Below are positions 37,273-45,170 of a stretch of DNA of 64,000 bases, one piece after another. The notes beneath the pieces were generated by a model, which did not search any database, had not been told where the DNA came from, and saw only the letters and a list, made by a program, of their open reading frames with translations. The DNA comes from an uncultured virus (IMG/VR IMGVR_UViG_3300027747_004168) (taxonomy: Duplodnaviria > Heunggongvirae > Uroviricota > Caudoviricetes), in the IMG/VR virus record IMGVR_UViG_3300027747_004168; one strand, 5' to 3'. The stretch's first letter is position 1, and each line of letters starts with the position of its first letter. A program made the position numbers and the translations under genes.

Positions 37273-37503
37273 ATGAACATCCAAGAGCAGGTTTTTCAGA
37301 AGATCGCCGATGTCAGGGGCGTCGACCCGTCGACACTCTCGCCGCAGACCACCTTCATGGAGATCGGGGCGGACAGCCTTGACATGGTCGAGTTTTCTAT
37401 AGACCTGGAGGACGCCTTCGGGATAAGCATCGGACAGCAGGACATCGCGTCAATAAAGAATTTGGGCCAGGCAGTCGAGTTCATCGAAAAGAACAAGAAG
37501 TAG
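37273..37503 (+). CDS. acpP: acyl carrier protein
   Basis: IGADSLDMVE phosphopantetheine motif, LEDAFGISI. Confidence 0.9.
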   Translation: MNIQEQVFQKIADVRGVDPSTLSPQTTFMEIGADSLDMVEFSIDLEDAFGISIGQQDIASIKNLGQAVEFIEKNKK

Positions 37504-37622
37504 GGAGCGGCCGTCCCCATGAAAATCGCTAAAGACCACGACCAGCACATGTGCGAGGTCGGCCAGCCGGTGTGGGTTCACATTCGGAGCAGGGTTCCTT
37601 TGCTCACCAAGGAACCCAAGTC

Positions 37623-38438
37623 ATGAGAATAATAGTTCACGACGGTCAGGCCCACGCGGACGACTTCCTGGCGGCCTGCGTCTGCCACTTCAAGACGGGT
37701 GCCCCGGTGATCCGCACGTGTGCGACTCCAGAAATGCTGGTCGACCCCCAGTTCTGGGTTCTGGACCAAGGGGGGAAGTTCGAGCCCGACCTCCACAACT
37801 TCGACCACCACCAGATCCAGCAGGAGATATGCGCCTTCACGATGGTTTTGGACCACTTCTTCGGCCAAGGGTACAGGGACTCCATAAGGGGCCTGAGGTT
37901 CTTGGAGATATGGGACAGCTACGGATCCAAGAGGGCGTCCGAGTTCGCGGGTGTGACCCAGGATGCGCTCGAGACCGTGACTTCCCCCATACACTCCGCG
38001 ATGCTAAAAATCTTCTCCAGGTACGACGGCCTCGTTCCCGGCTCGATGGTCGAGGTCATGTGGTCGATCGGCCGGGAGATATGCGCCCAGATCAGCGACT
38101 CTCAGAGGCTGTTCGACGCCCTGACCGAAGGGTACGCAATCATCGAGTCGAGCGGCGTCAAGGTCTTGGACGTCTCCAGGTGCGAACCCCCGGCGGGCTA
38201 CAACCACGATTCCCTTCCCACCAAGCTCTGGTGCAAGGTCAAGAATGTCAAGCCCAAGGTCATACTGACGCGCGACCCGCGCAGGGATGATGCGTACCGC
38301 ATGGTCAGCGTGAATGCAGACTCGCTGCGCTTCCTCCCGAATCCCAAGTCGTCGTTCACCCACGCCAGCGGCTTTCTGACCTCTTTCGACAACTACGGCG
38401 ACTACCAAGACATATTGGCCAATCACACGAAGAGGTAG
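37623..38438 (+). CDS. MYG1-family (DHH-like) exonuclease/hydrolase
   Basis: HDGQAHADD, VLDQGG, FDHHQ, FTHASGF. Confidence 0.85.
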   Translation: MRIIVHDGQAHADDFLAACVCHFKTGAPVIRTCATPEMLVDPQFWVLDQGGKFEPDLHNFDHHQIQQEICAFTMVLDHFFGQGYRDSIRGLRFLEIWDSYGSKRASEFAGVTQDALETVTSPIHSAMLKIFSRYDGLVPGSMVEVMWSIGREICAQISDSQRLFDALTEGYAIIESSGVKVLDVSRCEPPAGYNHDSLPTKLWCKVKNVKPKVILTRDPRRDDAYRMVSVNADSLRFLPNPKSSFTHASGFLTSFDNYGDYQDILANHTKR

Positions 38439-38444
38439 ATAACA

Positions 38445-38828
38445 ATGTTGTCCGAGACGGCCTTCTTCATGGACATGCTCGAGCTGTACAGAAGCAAGAA
38501 GAGGCTCATAGACAGAAAACTCAGCCTTCATTGGACCAACGGCGGCGAGGCCAGGATAAGGTATTTCTGCGCGGACATCCGCGGGTCGATTTCCTACGCC
38601 AACACCTGCAAGCTGGCGCTGGTGTTCGCGAACGTCACGGGATCAAGAATGCCGGATCACATCCACTCGAGGATCGTCCTCGGCGAGGCGAACGAGTGGG
38701 CCTCCGAGTACGTCCGATATGCCAGCGCAATCAAGCCTTCCATCCTGGGGATCAACAGGAACACCAACAATTTCAACAGGCACACGATCCACGCCGACGG
38801 GCAGATCAGCAGGACATACCGAAAATGA
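38445..38828 (+). CDS. hypothetical protein, 'LP..LH..M' family
   Basis: SRMPDHIHSRIVL...WASEY. Confidence 0.6.
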   Translation: MLSETAFFMDMLELYRSKKRLIDRKLSLHWTNGGEARIRYFCADIRGSISYANTCKLALVFANVTGSRMPDHIHSRIVLGEANEWASEYVRYASAIKPSILGINRNTNNFNRHTIHADGQISRTYRK

Positions 38829-39091
38829 AGGGGAAGACATTCAAGACCGGCACGGTGGTAGTTTTCGACCCCGAGAGCTTCAATCCCAAGTTCTGGGACT
38901 CCTTGTCCGAGGAAGACCGAGTTAAGTATTACGGCGAACTCGGTTACGGATCAGGCCGCACCAAGTTGTTTGTTTTCCTCTGCGAGGTCAACGACTCCGG
39001 ACACTGCGTCCTTGTGGACATGGACACCAACAAGGTAATAACCATGAGGCACACATGCGACTTCAGGGAGGCGACCGACGAGGAATTCTAG
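38825..39091 (+). CDS. hypothetical phage protein
   Basis: ATGA-coupled ORF MKGKTFK...TDEEF. Confidence 0.65.
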   Translation: MKGKTFKTGTVVVFDPESFNPKFWDSLSEEDRVKYYGELGYGSGRTKLFVFLCEVNDSGHCVLVDMDTNKVITMRHTCDFREATDEEF

Positions 39092-39100
39092 GTGCGAAAC

Positions 39101-39126
39101 AAAAAAGCCACCCCCGAAGGGGTGGC
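39101..39126 (-). terminator. intrinsic terminator (U-tract on the minus strand)
   Basis: GCCACCCC-TTCG-GGGGTGGC-TTTTTT on the minus strand. Confidence 0.8.
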
Positions 39127-39310
39127 CTGTTCAGCCTCGGCTTCATGGAGTGTTTTTTGCCGTCTGAACTTCGGGCGTTTGACCTGCGATTTTGGGGTCG
39201 ACTACCTCCCGATGAGTCGCCGTTTCCGCCGGACGCCTCCTTGCGACGATATTGCAGGGGGGGGTCTTTTGTTTCGCAGCGGCACAAGCACGGCAAGTTT
39301 TTGAGCCACG
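39101..39310 (-). ncRNA. candidate structured small RNA (about 200 nt)
   Basis: Bounded by TTTACA-N16-TACAAT (39343-39316) and the terminator; nested long-range stems TTGCCGT/ACGGCAA and CTGCGA/TCGCAG. Confidence 0.55.
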
Positions 39311-39391
39311 CCGCCATTGTAGCACCAAGCGTTGTCCTGTAAACCCCTTGACATTGCCTCCAAGATGAACATTTGGTAGGATGAGTCCGAT

Positions 39392-39649
39392 ATGGACAGA
39401 CCTGAATACTTCGAATGCAGGTGCGGAAGCCCGGAACACTCCTTGAGGTTCTGGCTCGACGAAGATCCGGAATTCCCCTGCATCTACGTATCCGTGTTCC
39501 TTTCCGAGCATCCGTGGTACAGGCGTTTGGCCTCCTCCATTCGTTATCTGTTCGGACACAAGAGCATGTACGGGCATTTCGAAGAGTTCATCCTCCACCC
39601 CGAAGACCGGGACAGGCTGGTAGAGTTGCTCAAGAAACTCAAGGTGTGA
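39392..39649 (+). CDS. hypothetical phage protein
   Basis: CRCGSPEH motif; 85 aa. Confidence 0.65.
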   Translation: MDRPEYFECRCGSPEHSLRFWLDEDPEFPCIYVSVFLSEHPWYRRLASSIRYLFGHKSMYGHFEEFILHPEDRDRLVELLKKLKV

Positions 39650-39663
39650 AAGGCGACTTGAAA

Positions 39664-40077
39664 GTGACGGAGTACCAAGTTTTTTTCGAGGAACTCAAGG
39701 CTTGCTACAAGTCTCACGGTCTTTTGATGAACGCCCGCTTTTTGTCGCCCGGGACTCCCAATCCGACGGGGTCTTATCTCGGCGGCTCAATCAAGAGCAA
39801 GAATTCGGGTCATTTTTCGAACAAGACCCCCCATCTGGCGAAGTTTGGCCCTCCTTGTTCGTACAAGAACTCCGCGATGAACAACAAAAAAACCGCGCTC
39901 AAAGGCAAGAAGAGTGATCTTCGAGTTTTTAGCAACCTTCCCGACATGTTGTACCTCCTGGCGCTGGAGCTTTCTCAGAAGATCGGGCGGTTGCCCGACG
40001 CCCTCCACGCCCGCATGGTTCTTACAACGGATCAAAACCCATCCGTGAAGGCGTACATCAGGCAATTCGGGGCATGA
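39664..40077 (+). CDS. hypothetical protein, 'LP..LH..M' family
   Basis: GRLPDALHARMVL...VKAY. Confidence 0.6.
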   Translation: MTEYQVFFEELKACYKSHGLLMNARFLSPGTPNPTGSYLGGSIKSKNSGHFSNKTPHLAKFGPPCSYKNSAMNNKKTALKGKKSDLRVFSNLPDMLYLLALELSQKIGRLPDALHARMVLTTDQNPSVKAYIRQFGA

Positions 40078-40135
40078 TTCGCCGAGAAACGGACCCTCCA
40101 CCTCTAAGGGAAGCCAGCCAGACGGACTGCAGACC

Positions 40136-40330
40136 ATGAGACGAATCCTCATACTCATCGCCATCGCCGTCGCATTTTCACTGGCCGGGTGCTCCGGAGC
40201 AATGAAATGCCCATGCTCCTGCGCTGAATGCGGGTCCGCCTGCAGGAACAGGTGTGAGGGAGAAAGGTGCTTTCCCGGCGACCCTTGTTGCGAATCATGC
40301 GTGTGCAGGCGTATGCCCTCCCTGAAATGA
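40136..40330 (+). CDS. Cys-rich small lipoprotein
   Basis: Signal peptide with LAGC lipobox; Cys-dense mature region. Confidence 0.7.
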   Translation: MRRILILIAIAVAFSLAGCSGAMKCPCSCAECGSACRNRCEGERCFPGDPCCESCVCRRMPSLK

Positions 40331-40689
40331 CTATGCGAAACGCGCCGTGTGACGGCTGGGACGATTCCTCGCTTTTGAGGCTCTACGGAATCTTCCGCGA
40401 GAAGATGCACGACATCTACAGGAAGAACTACATGCCAAACCCGTTCAGCGAAGCCATGTCCGCCGAATACAACGCCTGGCAGTACTACCTTCGCAACTCC
40501 CTCTCCTTGGAGGTGCGGGACGCCTCCGCGAACCAGAAGAGCGAGGTGCTGAGGGAGGAGGGTTCGGAATGCCGGGTGCGCGTCCTCAACCCCAGCAACG
40601 GCACCTCATTCGGACACGAGTACATAGTGGTTCCGGAGGAGCTCGCGCGGAAGGTCATAGTCATGGGCGGTCTTCCGGACGAACTTTGA
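40327..40689 (+). CDS. hypothetical protein, 'P.E.A.K...LG.P' family
   Basis: C-terminus VPEELARKVIVMGGLP. Confidence 0.6.
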   Translation: MTMRNAPCDGWDDSSLLRLYGIFREKMHDIYRKNYMPNPFSEAMSAEYNAWQYYLRNSLSLEVRDASANQKSEVLREEGSECRVRVLNPSNGTSFGHEYIVVPEELARKVIVMGGLPDEL

Positions 40690-40757
40690 ATCTGACGAGT
40701 CCTCGGCGGGCGCTTTCTAGGAAGATTTCTGGCTCCGCAGACAGGAAGGGAAATAGT

Positions 40758-40955
40758 TTGAACGTCACCGAGATCAAGAGTTGGGCGAAGAAGCACGGTT
40801 TCTCCTTGAGGAAATCCGGCGAGGGGTATGTCTGGTCGGGGTCTTCGTTTCAAGAGGGAGAGCCACAGGCCATCGAGGAGGTCGCGAAGGCGATCTTCAA
40901 TGTGATAACAGGCGGAAGGTTCGTGGAGCACCAGAAGAACTTCAAGGGGATTTGA
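40758..40955 (+). CDS. hypothetical protein
   Basis: TTG start after AAGGG. Confidence 0.55.
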   Translation: MNVTEIKSWAKKHGFSLRKSGEGYVWSGSSFQEGEPQAIEEVAKAIFNVITGGRFVEHQKNFKGI

Positions 40956-40958
40956 TTC

Positions 40959-41243
40959 ATGGACGAACGCGCATGCGCCGATTGGTCGGTTGAGCTTCTT
41001 GATTTCGCCGGGAGGGTCTCCCGCACCAACTCCACGGGCGAGGCGGAGGAGATATTCCAGGAGTTGCGGTCGGATCACATATCGGGCGTGGAATCCTCGC
41101 ACGTCAGGCTGTGCATGTACTCGCTCGCACTGTCCAGACTCGAGCCGCTCGAAGAACGGCTCCACGCTAGGATGGCGTTCTCGGAGAGGAACTTCTTCGT
41201 TTCGACCTACTTCAGGGAGCTGAGGCGGACGGGATGTCGATAA
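40959..41243 (+). CDS. hypothetical protein, 'LP..LH..M' family
   Basis: PLEERLHARMAF...FVSTY. Confidence 0.6.
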   Translation: MDERACADWSVELLDFAGRVSRTNSTGEAEEIFQELRSDHISGVESSHVRLCMYSLALSRLEPLEERLHARMAFSERNFFVSTYFRELRRTGCR

Positions 41244-41827
41244 CTGTCATTGGCGATGTTCACGGGAAGTACGACGCGTACGTCAAAATGGCGCGAAAGA
41301 GGGACTTCACGGTGCAGATCGGCGACCTCGGTTTCAGGTACGAATGCCTGAAGAACCTCGACCAGGAAAGGCACAGGTTCGTCGGGGGAAACCACGACAA
41401 CTACGACATAGTCGGCGAGTGGCCGCACTACCTCGGCGACTACGGCATGGCCTCGCTGGGTGGCGTCGAGTTCTTCTTTTACAGGGGGGCCTACAGCATC
41501 GACCGCCAGCACAGGACGATAGGGGTCGACTGGTGGCAGAACGAACAGCTCGGGATCGACGATTTCATGAAGGCGCGGGAACTGTACAGGGGGGCCAAGC
41601 CGAGCGTCGTGCTGACCCACGACTGCCCGGAGACGCTTGTCCCCCGTCTTCTGCCCCCGAATGCCACGATCTACCAGAACATCACGGGTTGGGCACTACA
41701 GGAGCTTTTCGCGATACATCAGCCCGAAACCTGGGTCTTCGGCCACTACCATGTTTCTCAGAGGATCGATGCGGGGGGTACGCGGTTCATATGCCTTGAC
41801 GAACTTGAGGCTTGCGAAATAGGATGA
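41234..41827 (+). CDS. calcineurin-like metallophosphoesterase
   Basis: GDVHG, GDLG, GNHD, THDCP, FGHYH. Confidence 0.92.
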   Translation: MSITVIGDVHGKYDAYVKMARKRDFTVQIGDLGFRYECLKNLDQERHRFVGGNHDNYDIVGEWPHYLGDYGMASLGGVEFFFYRGAYSIDRQHRTIGVDWWQNEQLGIDDFMKARELYRGAKPSVVLTHDCPETLVPRLLPPNATIYQNITGWALQELFAIHQPETWVFGHYHVSQRIDAGGTRFICLDELEACEIG

Positions 41828-41876
41828 ACCCCGCGAACGGGGAGTCCAATCGCCGGATGCTAGAACGAGTTTTATC

Positions 41877-42305
41877 ATGAGCAAACCATGGATACACGCC
41901 ATGTCTTCCGCCAGGAAGTTCGGAGGACGGCCGGAGGACTATATTGAAATCCACAACCTCATGGACTCCAGCAAGGGCTGCATGGGTGACAACCGCCACA
42001 GGGCCCTGACTCACAACAGCTGGTTCATCGGCGCTGGCGGGCCACTGGAACGTATCTTCGGACCAGTCGTGAAAAACAGCGCCGGCAGGCAGGTCAGCGT
42101 CAGGGACATAGGAGAGCAACATGTCCTAGAGGACTTCGGAATGAGGTTCATCCCAACCCCGCAGGACTACCTTCAGGAGATGGAGCCGAAGTCATGGATG
42201 AGCAACGGCAGGGAGGACATGCCGTCGAGCTTCCGCAGGATAGGCAAGGCCGCCGCCAAGACGCCCAGAAAACGATCGGTTTCTTTGTCCAAGGGAGGAA
42301 AGTAG
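41877..42305 (+). CDS. DUF6915-like phage protein
   Basis: H..SS..KFGG...DY..IH...D.SK...RHRALTH...EQHVLED. Confidence 0.7.
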   Translation: MSKPWIHAMSSARKFGGRPEDYIEIHNLMDSSKGCMGDNRHRALTHNSWFIGAGGPLERIFGPVVKNSAGRQVSVRDIGEQHVLEDFGMRFIPTPQDYLQEMEPKSWMSNGREDMPSSFRRIGKAAAKTPRKRSVSLSKGGK

Positions 42306-42307
42306 AG

Positions 42308-42484
42308 ATGACGCGAAGAGTTCTGTTTCTCGCCTGCGCGGCCGCCATGATCGCCCGTTGTGTCCACGCCGCCAACAAGACCTACAGGTACAGGTGTCCG
42401 AAGTGCAAGTTGATACAGGAGTACGGCACGCCAGGCACCAGGAAATGCCCGAATGACGGCAGAGTCATGATCCTAGAGAACTGA
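42308..42484 (+). CDS. small protein with signal-like N-terminus and zinc ribbon
   Basis: GGAGG SD; CPKC...CPND. Confidence 0.55.
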   Translation: MTRRVLFLACAAAMIARCVHAANKTYRYRCPKCKLIQEYGTPGTRKCPNDGRVMILEN

Positions 42485-42500
42485 AAGACCATTTAAGGAG

Positions 42501-43130
42501 ATGGACATGGTTAAAAAGTCGATCGCGAAGAAGTCGCCCGCCAAAAAAGCAGCGAAGAAGAAGGCTCCCAAGAAGAAGTCCCCCAAGAATAAATCCTCCG
42601 TCGGCCGAATGATCGCCGCGTCAAAGCGCCGTTTGGTCAACGCAAGAGAACGGGCGATAAAGGAGGGAGAGAGTCTCTTCAAGCAGGCCGTCAAGGAGAT
42701 ATTCAAAGACTTCAAGAGTCTCGAGAGTTTTTCCTGGGACCAATACACCCCTCATTGGAACGACGGCGACGAGTGCCTTTTTGGCGTTCACCTCGACTCT
42801 CTAAGGATCAACGGCGAGGAGCATCCAGAGTGCATATACACGCTCGAGAGCCTCGACAGACTGCTTTCCGACAAGAATTCTGAGGCGAGGATCATCATGG
42901 AACTTGCCGACACCAAGAAGGATAGGTGGGAGGTCGAGTCCCTGAAGAGAGATTTGGAGAGCATACGGACAAGAGATCCGAAGAAGGTGGCCGAGACATA
43001 CGAAATCAAGAAGGCCATCCACGACCTCCTCTCCGAGATAGATGAAACGGTCTACCAGAACATGTTCGGCGAGGGTGCGATCGTGGCGACCCGCGACGGA
43101 GTTGCCGTCGAAGAGTGCGAACACGACTAG
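42501..43130 (+). CDS. hypothetical phage protein with histone-like KKSP/KKAP N-terminus
   Basis: TAAGGAG SD; WDQYTPHWNDGDEC motif. Confidence 0.7.
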   Translation: MDMVKKSIAKKSPAKKAAKKKAPKKKSPKNKSSVGRMIAASKRRLVNARERAIKEGESLFKQAVKEIFKDFKSLESFSWDQYTPHWNDGDECLFGVHLDSLRINGEEHPECIYTLESLDRLLSDKNSEARIIMELADTKKDRWEVESLKRDLESIRTRDPKKVAETYEIKKAIHDLLSEIDETVYQNMFGEGAIVATRDGVAVEECEHD

Positions 43131-43141
43131 GAGGTGAATCC

Positions 43142-43492
43142 GTGAACATCAGGCCTATAGGCAAGGATTTCGAGGCGGTCTGTCCTGGTTGCGGGGAGGT
43201 TCTCCTATTGGGCCTGGGGGACTCCGTGAACTTCAGGCCGGGACCGGAGATGGATGTGTGTGGAGTTGCTATACCCGTCCCTGCCGAGATTCTCTGCGCG
43301 GCGTGCAGTCGCCGCGAGAACGAAGGCGTCGAGACATGCATCAGGTTCATCGCGCCGTCGTGTTCCAAGTGCGGCGGGGACCTGTCCGAGGCGGACGAGT
43401 TCGAGCCGGACTTTGACGAAAATGGCAACCTCACGGGCATCGTCTGCTCTGGTTGCGCAGAACCATGGAGGACATCATGCGAAAAGGATTGA
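43142..43492 (+). CDS. zinc-finger protein (four CxxC)
   Basis: CPGC, CAAC, CSKC, CSGC; AGGAGGT SD. Confidence 0.7.
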   Translation: MNIRPIGKDFEAVCPGCGEVLLLGLGDSVNFRPGPEMDVCGVAIPVPAEILCAACSRRENEGVETCIRFIAPSCSKCGGDLSEADEFEPDFDENGNLTGIVCSGCAEPWRTSCEKD

Positions 43493-43761
43493 ACGATCTG
43501 GTGCCGGTCGACGACCTGCACTGGGACAGCGAGACTGGCACCTACGCGGTGATCTCGAAGGAGCAGGCCGAAGAGGTCGTCAGGGCGTGCTTCATGATCG
43601 GCATGGAGGATCCCAAGGACATACTCAAGGTCATCAGGGAGTACGAGGTCGTCAACGGAGGCAACCTGCTTTTCAAGCAGTTCCTCTCCGGGAGGATCGG
43701 GATAAACGGCTTCGACGAATCGGGCAGTCCGGTTTTCGAGCCGATCCGCCGTGGGCTATAG
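43477..43761 (+). CDS. hypothetical protein
   Basis: GGAGG SD. Confidence 0.6.
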   Translation: MRKGLNDLVPVDDLHWDSETGTYAVISKEQAEEVVRACFMIGMEDPKDILKVIREYEVVNGGNLLFKQFLSGRIGINGFDESGSPVFEPIRRGL

Positions 43762-43792
43762 GTTCTCGGACACGCCCGGGATGTCCTATGAT

Positions 43793-44029
43793 CTAGGGCA
43801 ACTCTACCAGCACCGACTCGCCCTCTTCCGTCTCTATTATTTCGTCGATCTCCGTCATCAGGTATACGGAGGTCGGGGGTTCCGTCGGGCCCGTCTGTCT
43901 TACCACGGGGAAGGGGACGACCGTGTCGGAAAGCCGATTGGACGCGTCCCAGAATCTCTTGTACATGCCATGGGTTATGCCGTACCTTCCCGTTCCTAGT
44001 CTGCTGGTGGTGAGCCATCTCTTTGACAT
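43793..44029 (-). CDS. hypothetical protein
   Basis: 78 aa; fills the gap; acidic C-terminus. Confidence 0.5.
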   Translation of the reverse strand: MSKRWLTTSRLGTGRYGITHGMYKRFWDASNRLSDTVVPFPVVRQTGPTEPPTSVYLMTEIDEIIETEEGESVLVELP

Positions 44030-44051
44030 AAGCCTGCGGCCTCGCTATAAC
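44023..44051 (+). promoter_or_regulatory. sigma70-type promoter
   Basis: TTGACA-N17-TATAAC. Confidence 0.55.
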
Positions 44052-44092
44052 TGTACAACCTATATAGCGCCAACAAAGGAAAGGCATTCAGA

Positions 44093-44362
44093 GTGGTTTC
44101 AAGCCGAAAGCAGGAGATACAAGGCATTCCCGAGGAAAACGACTTCATGGGTGGCGAGGAAAGGGAAAAAATAAAGGCCCTGCTCTTTCGCCAAAAAGAG
44201 CGTCCGAAGGGCCTCGACGAGGTGAGGATCGTCAATGTCTTCGACGACAGGTACAGGATCAACCTCTGGGTGCGCATGGATGAGGACGGTCTGCAGAAGG
44301 TGAAGATCGGAGCCAGTTACTTCGCGAGGTTCGACGGCGAAAACCTTCACATAAGGAATTGA
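44093..44362 (+). CDS. hypothetical protein
   Basis: VNVFDDRYRINLW...IGASYF. Confidence 0.65.
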   Translation: MVSSRKQEIQGIPEENDFMGGEEREKIKALLFRQKERPKGLDEVRIVNVFDDRYRINLWVRMDEDGLQKVKIGASYFARFDGENLHIRN

Positions 44363-44417
44363 CAATGCCCCCTAGGTCGGACGCTCGAAGGAATCTCGGC
44401 ACTTGGGAGTGGCCAGC

Positions 44418-44699
44418 ATGGAAAACAAGGGCGCCGTATTGAACAGGGCGAGCTCGCTCCTGAGGGACAGGTTCAGCTCCCTTCAGGAGGAACACGGCGC
44501 CAGCGGCCTGAATGAAGAGTGGAGTCGGTACCTCGAAGGATTCGGGGCGTCCAGGATCAGCAAGATAATGGGACTCTGCACGGAAGCCATCAAGGGGAAT
44601 GTGAGGGTTGCCGACCCGATGCTGGTCGGAGGGAACCACGGATTCATCGAGATGCCCGAGGAGGTGGCGGAGAAGATCGCCACCCTGGGGGCGCCATGA
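44418..44699 (+). CDS. hypothetical protein, 'P.E.A.K...LG.P' family
   Basis: C-terminus MPEEVAEKIATLGAP. Confidence 0.6.
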   Translation: MENKGAVLNRASSLLRDRFSSLQEEHGASGLNEEWSRYLEGFGASRISKIMGLCTEAIKGNVRVADPMLVGGNHGFIEMPEEVAEKIATLGAP

Positions 44700-44953
44700 G
44701 AGAAACCCCCGAAAAGGACAGGCAGAGCCAAGTTCTATGCGTTTTCGCGCTCATCCGCACGCTTTCGTGCGGATGGCAGAGCATACCAGAGATCAGGGAG
44801 TCGATGGAGAGGAAGGGATTTCCGAGGTGCGAGAGAACGATCCGAAGGCTATTTCGGACGATCAGGGGGGCTGGCATCGACCTTCTGATCACCCGCGGGG
44901 AATCCCCCGTCCGATACAAGGTCAGGAAAACCCGTCCTTTCGTGTACCGATGA
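44696..44953 (+). CDS. winged-HTH protein (like the WYL-regulator N-terminus)
   Basis: CERTIRRLF..I..AG HTH_11-like pattern. Confidence 0.6.
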   Translation: MRETPEKDRQSQVLCVFALIRTLSCGWQSIPEIRESMERKGFPRCERTIRRLFRTIRGAGIDLLITRGESPVRYKVRKTRPFVYR

Positions 44954-45082
44954 ACCCAAGAAAACGAGGACGATCCCGCCCTGACCAAAAACGGTAGGGC
45001 AGTCGGCGACAATGGCTCGGGTGTTCGGACATGATCGAATCGAAGGCGACAAAGAAAGGTTTCATTTTTTTGTTCCACATGG

Positions 45083-45111
45083 TTTACAGAAAGTAGAAGC
45101 CTCTCTATAAT
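45083..45111 (+). promoter_or_regulatory. sigma70-type promoter
   Basis: TTTACA-N17-TATAAT upstream of 45171. Confidence 0.7.
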
Positions 45112-45170
45112 CCTCACTCGGCGAACCGAATAAAAACTTTCAAGCCTCGCAAGGAAAGAAGGAAAATCCC

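Noticed and set aside
36956..37284. Short minus-strand ORFs over 36956-37284
   Set aside because: They are antisense to the tmRNA, which explains the sequence.
39063..39317. 84 aa minus-strand ORF
   Set aside because: Its ATG overlaps the -10 box and it runs through the terminator.
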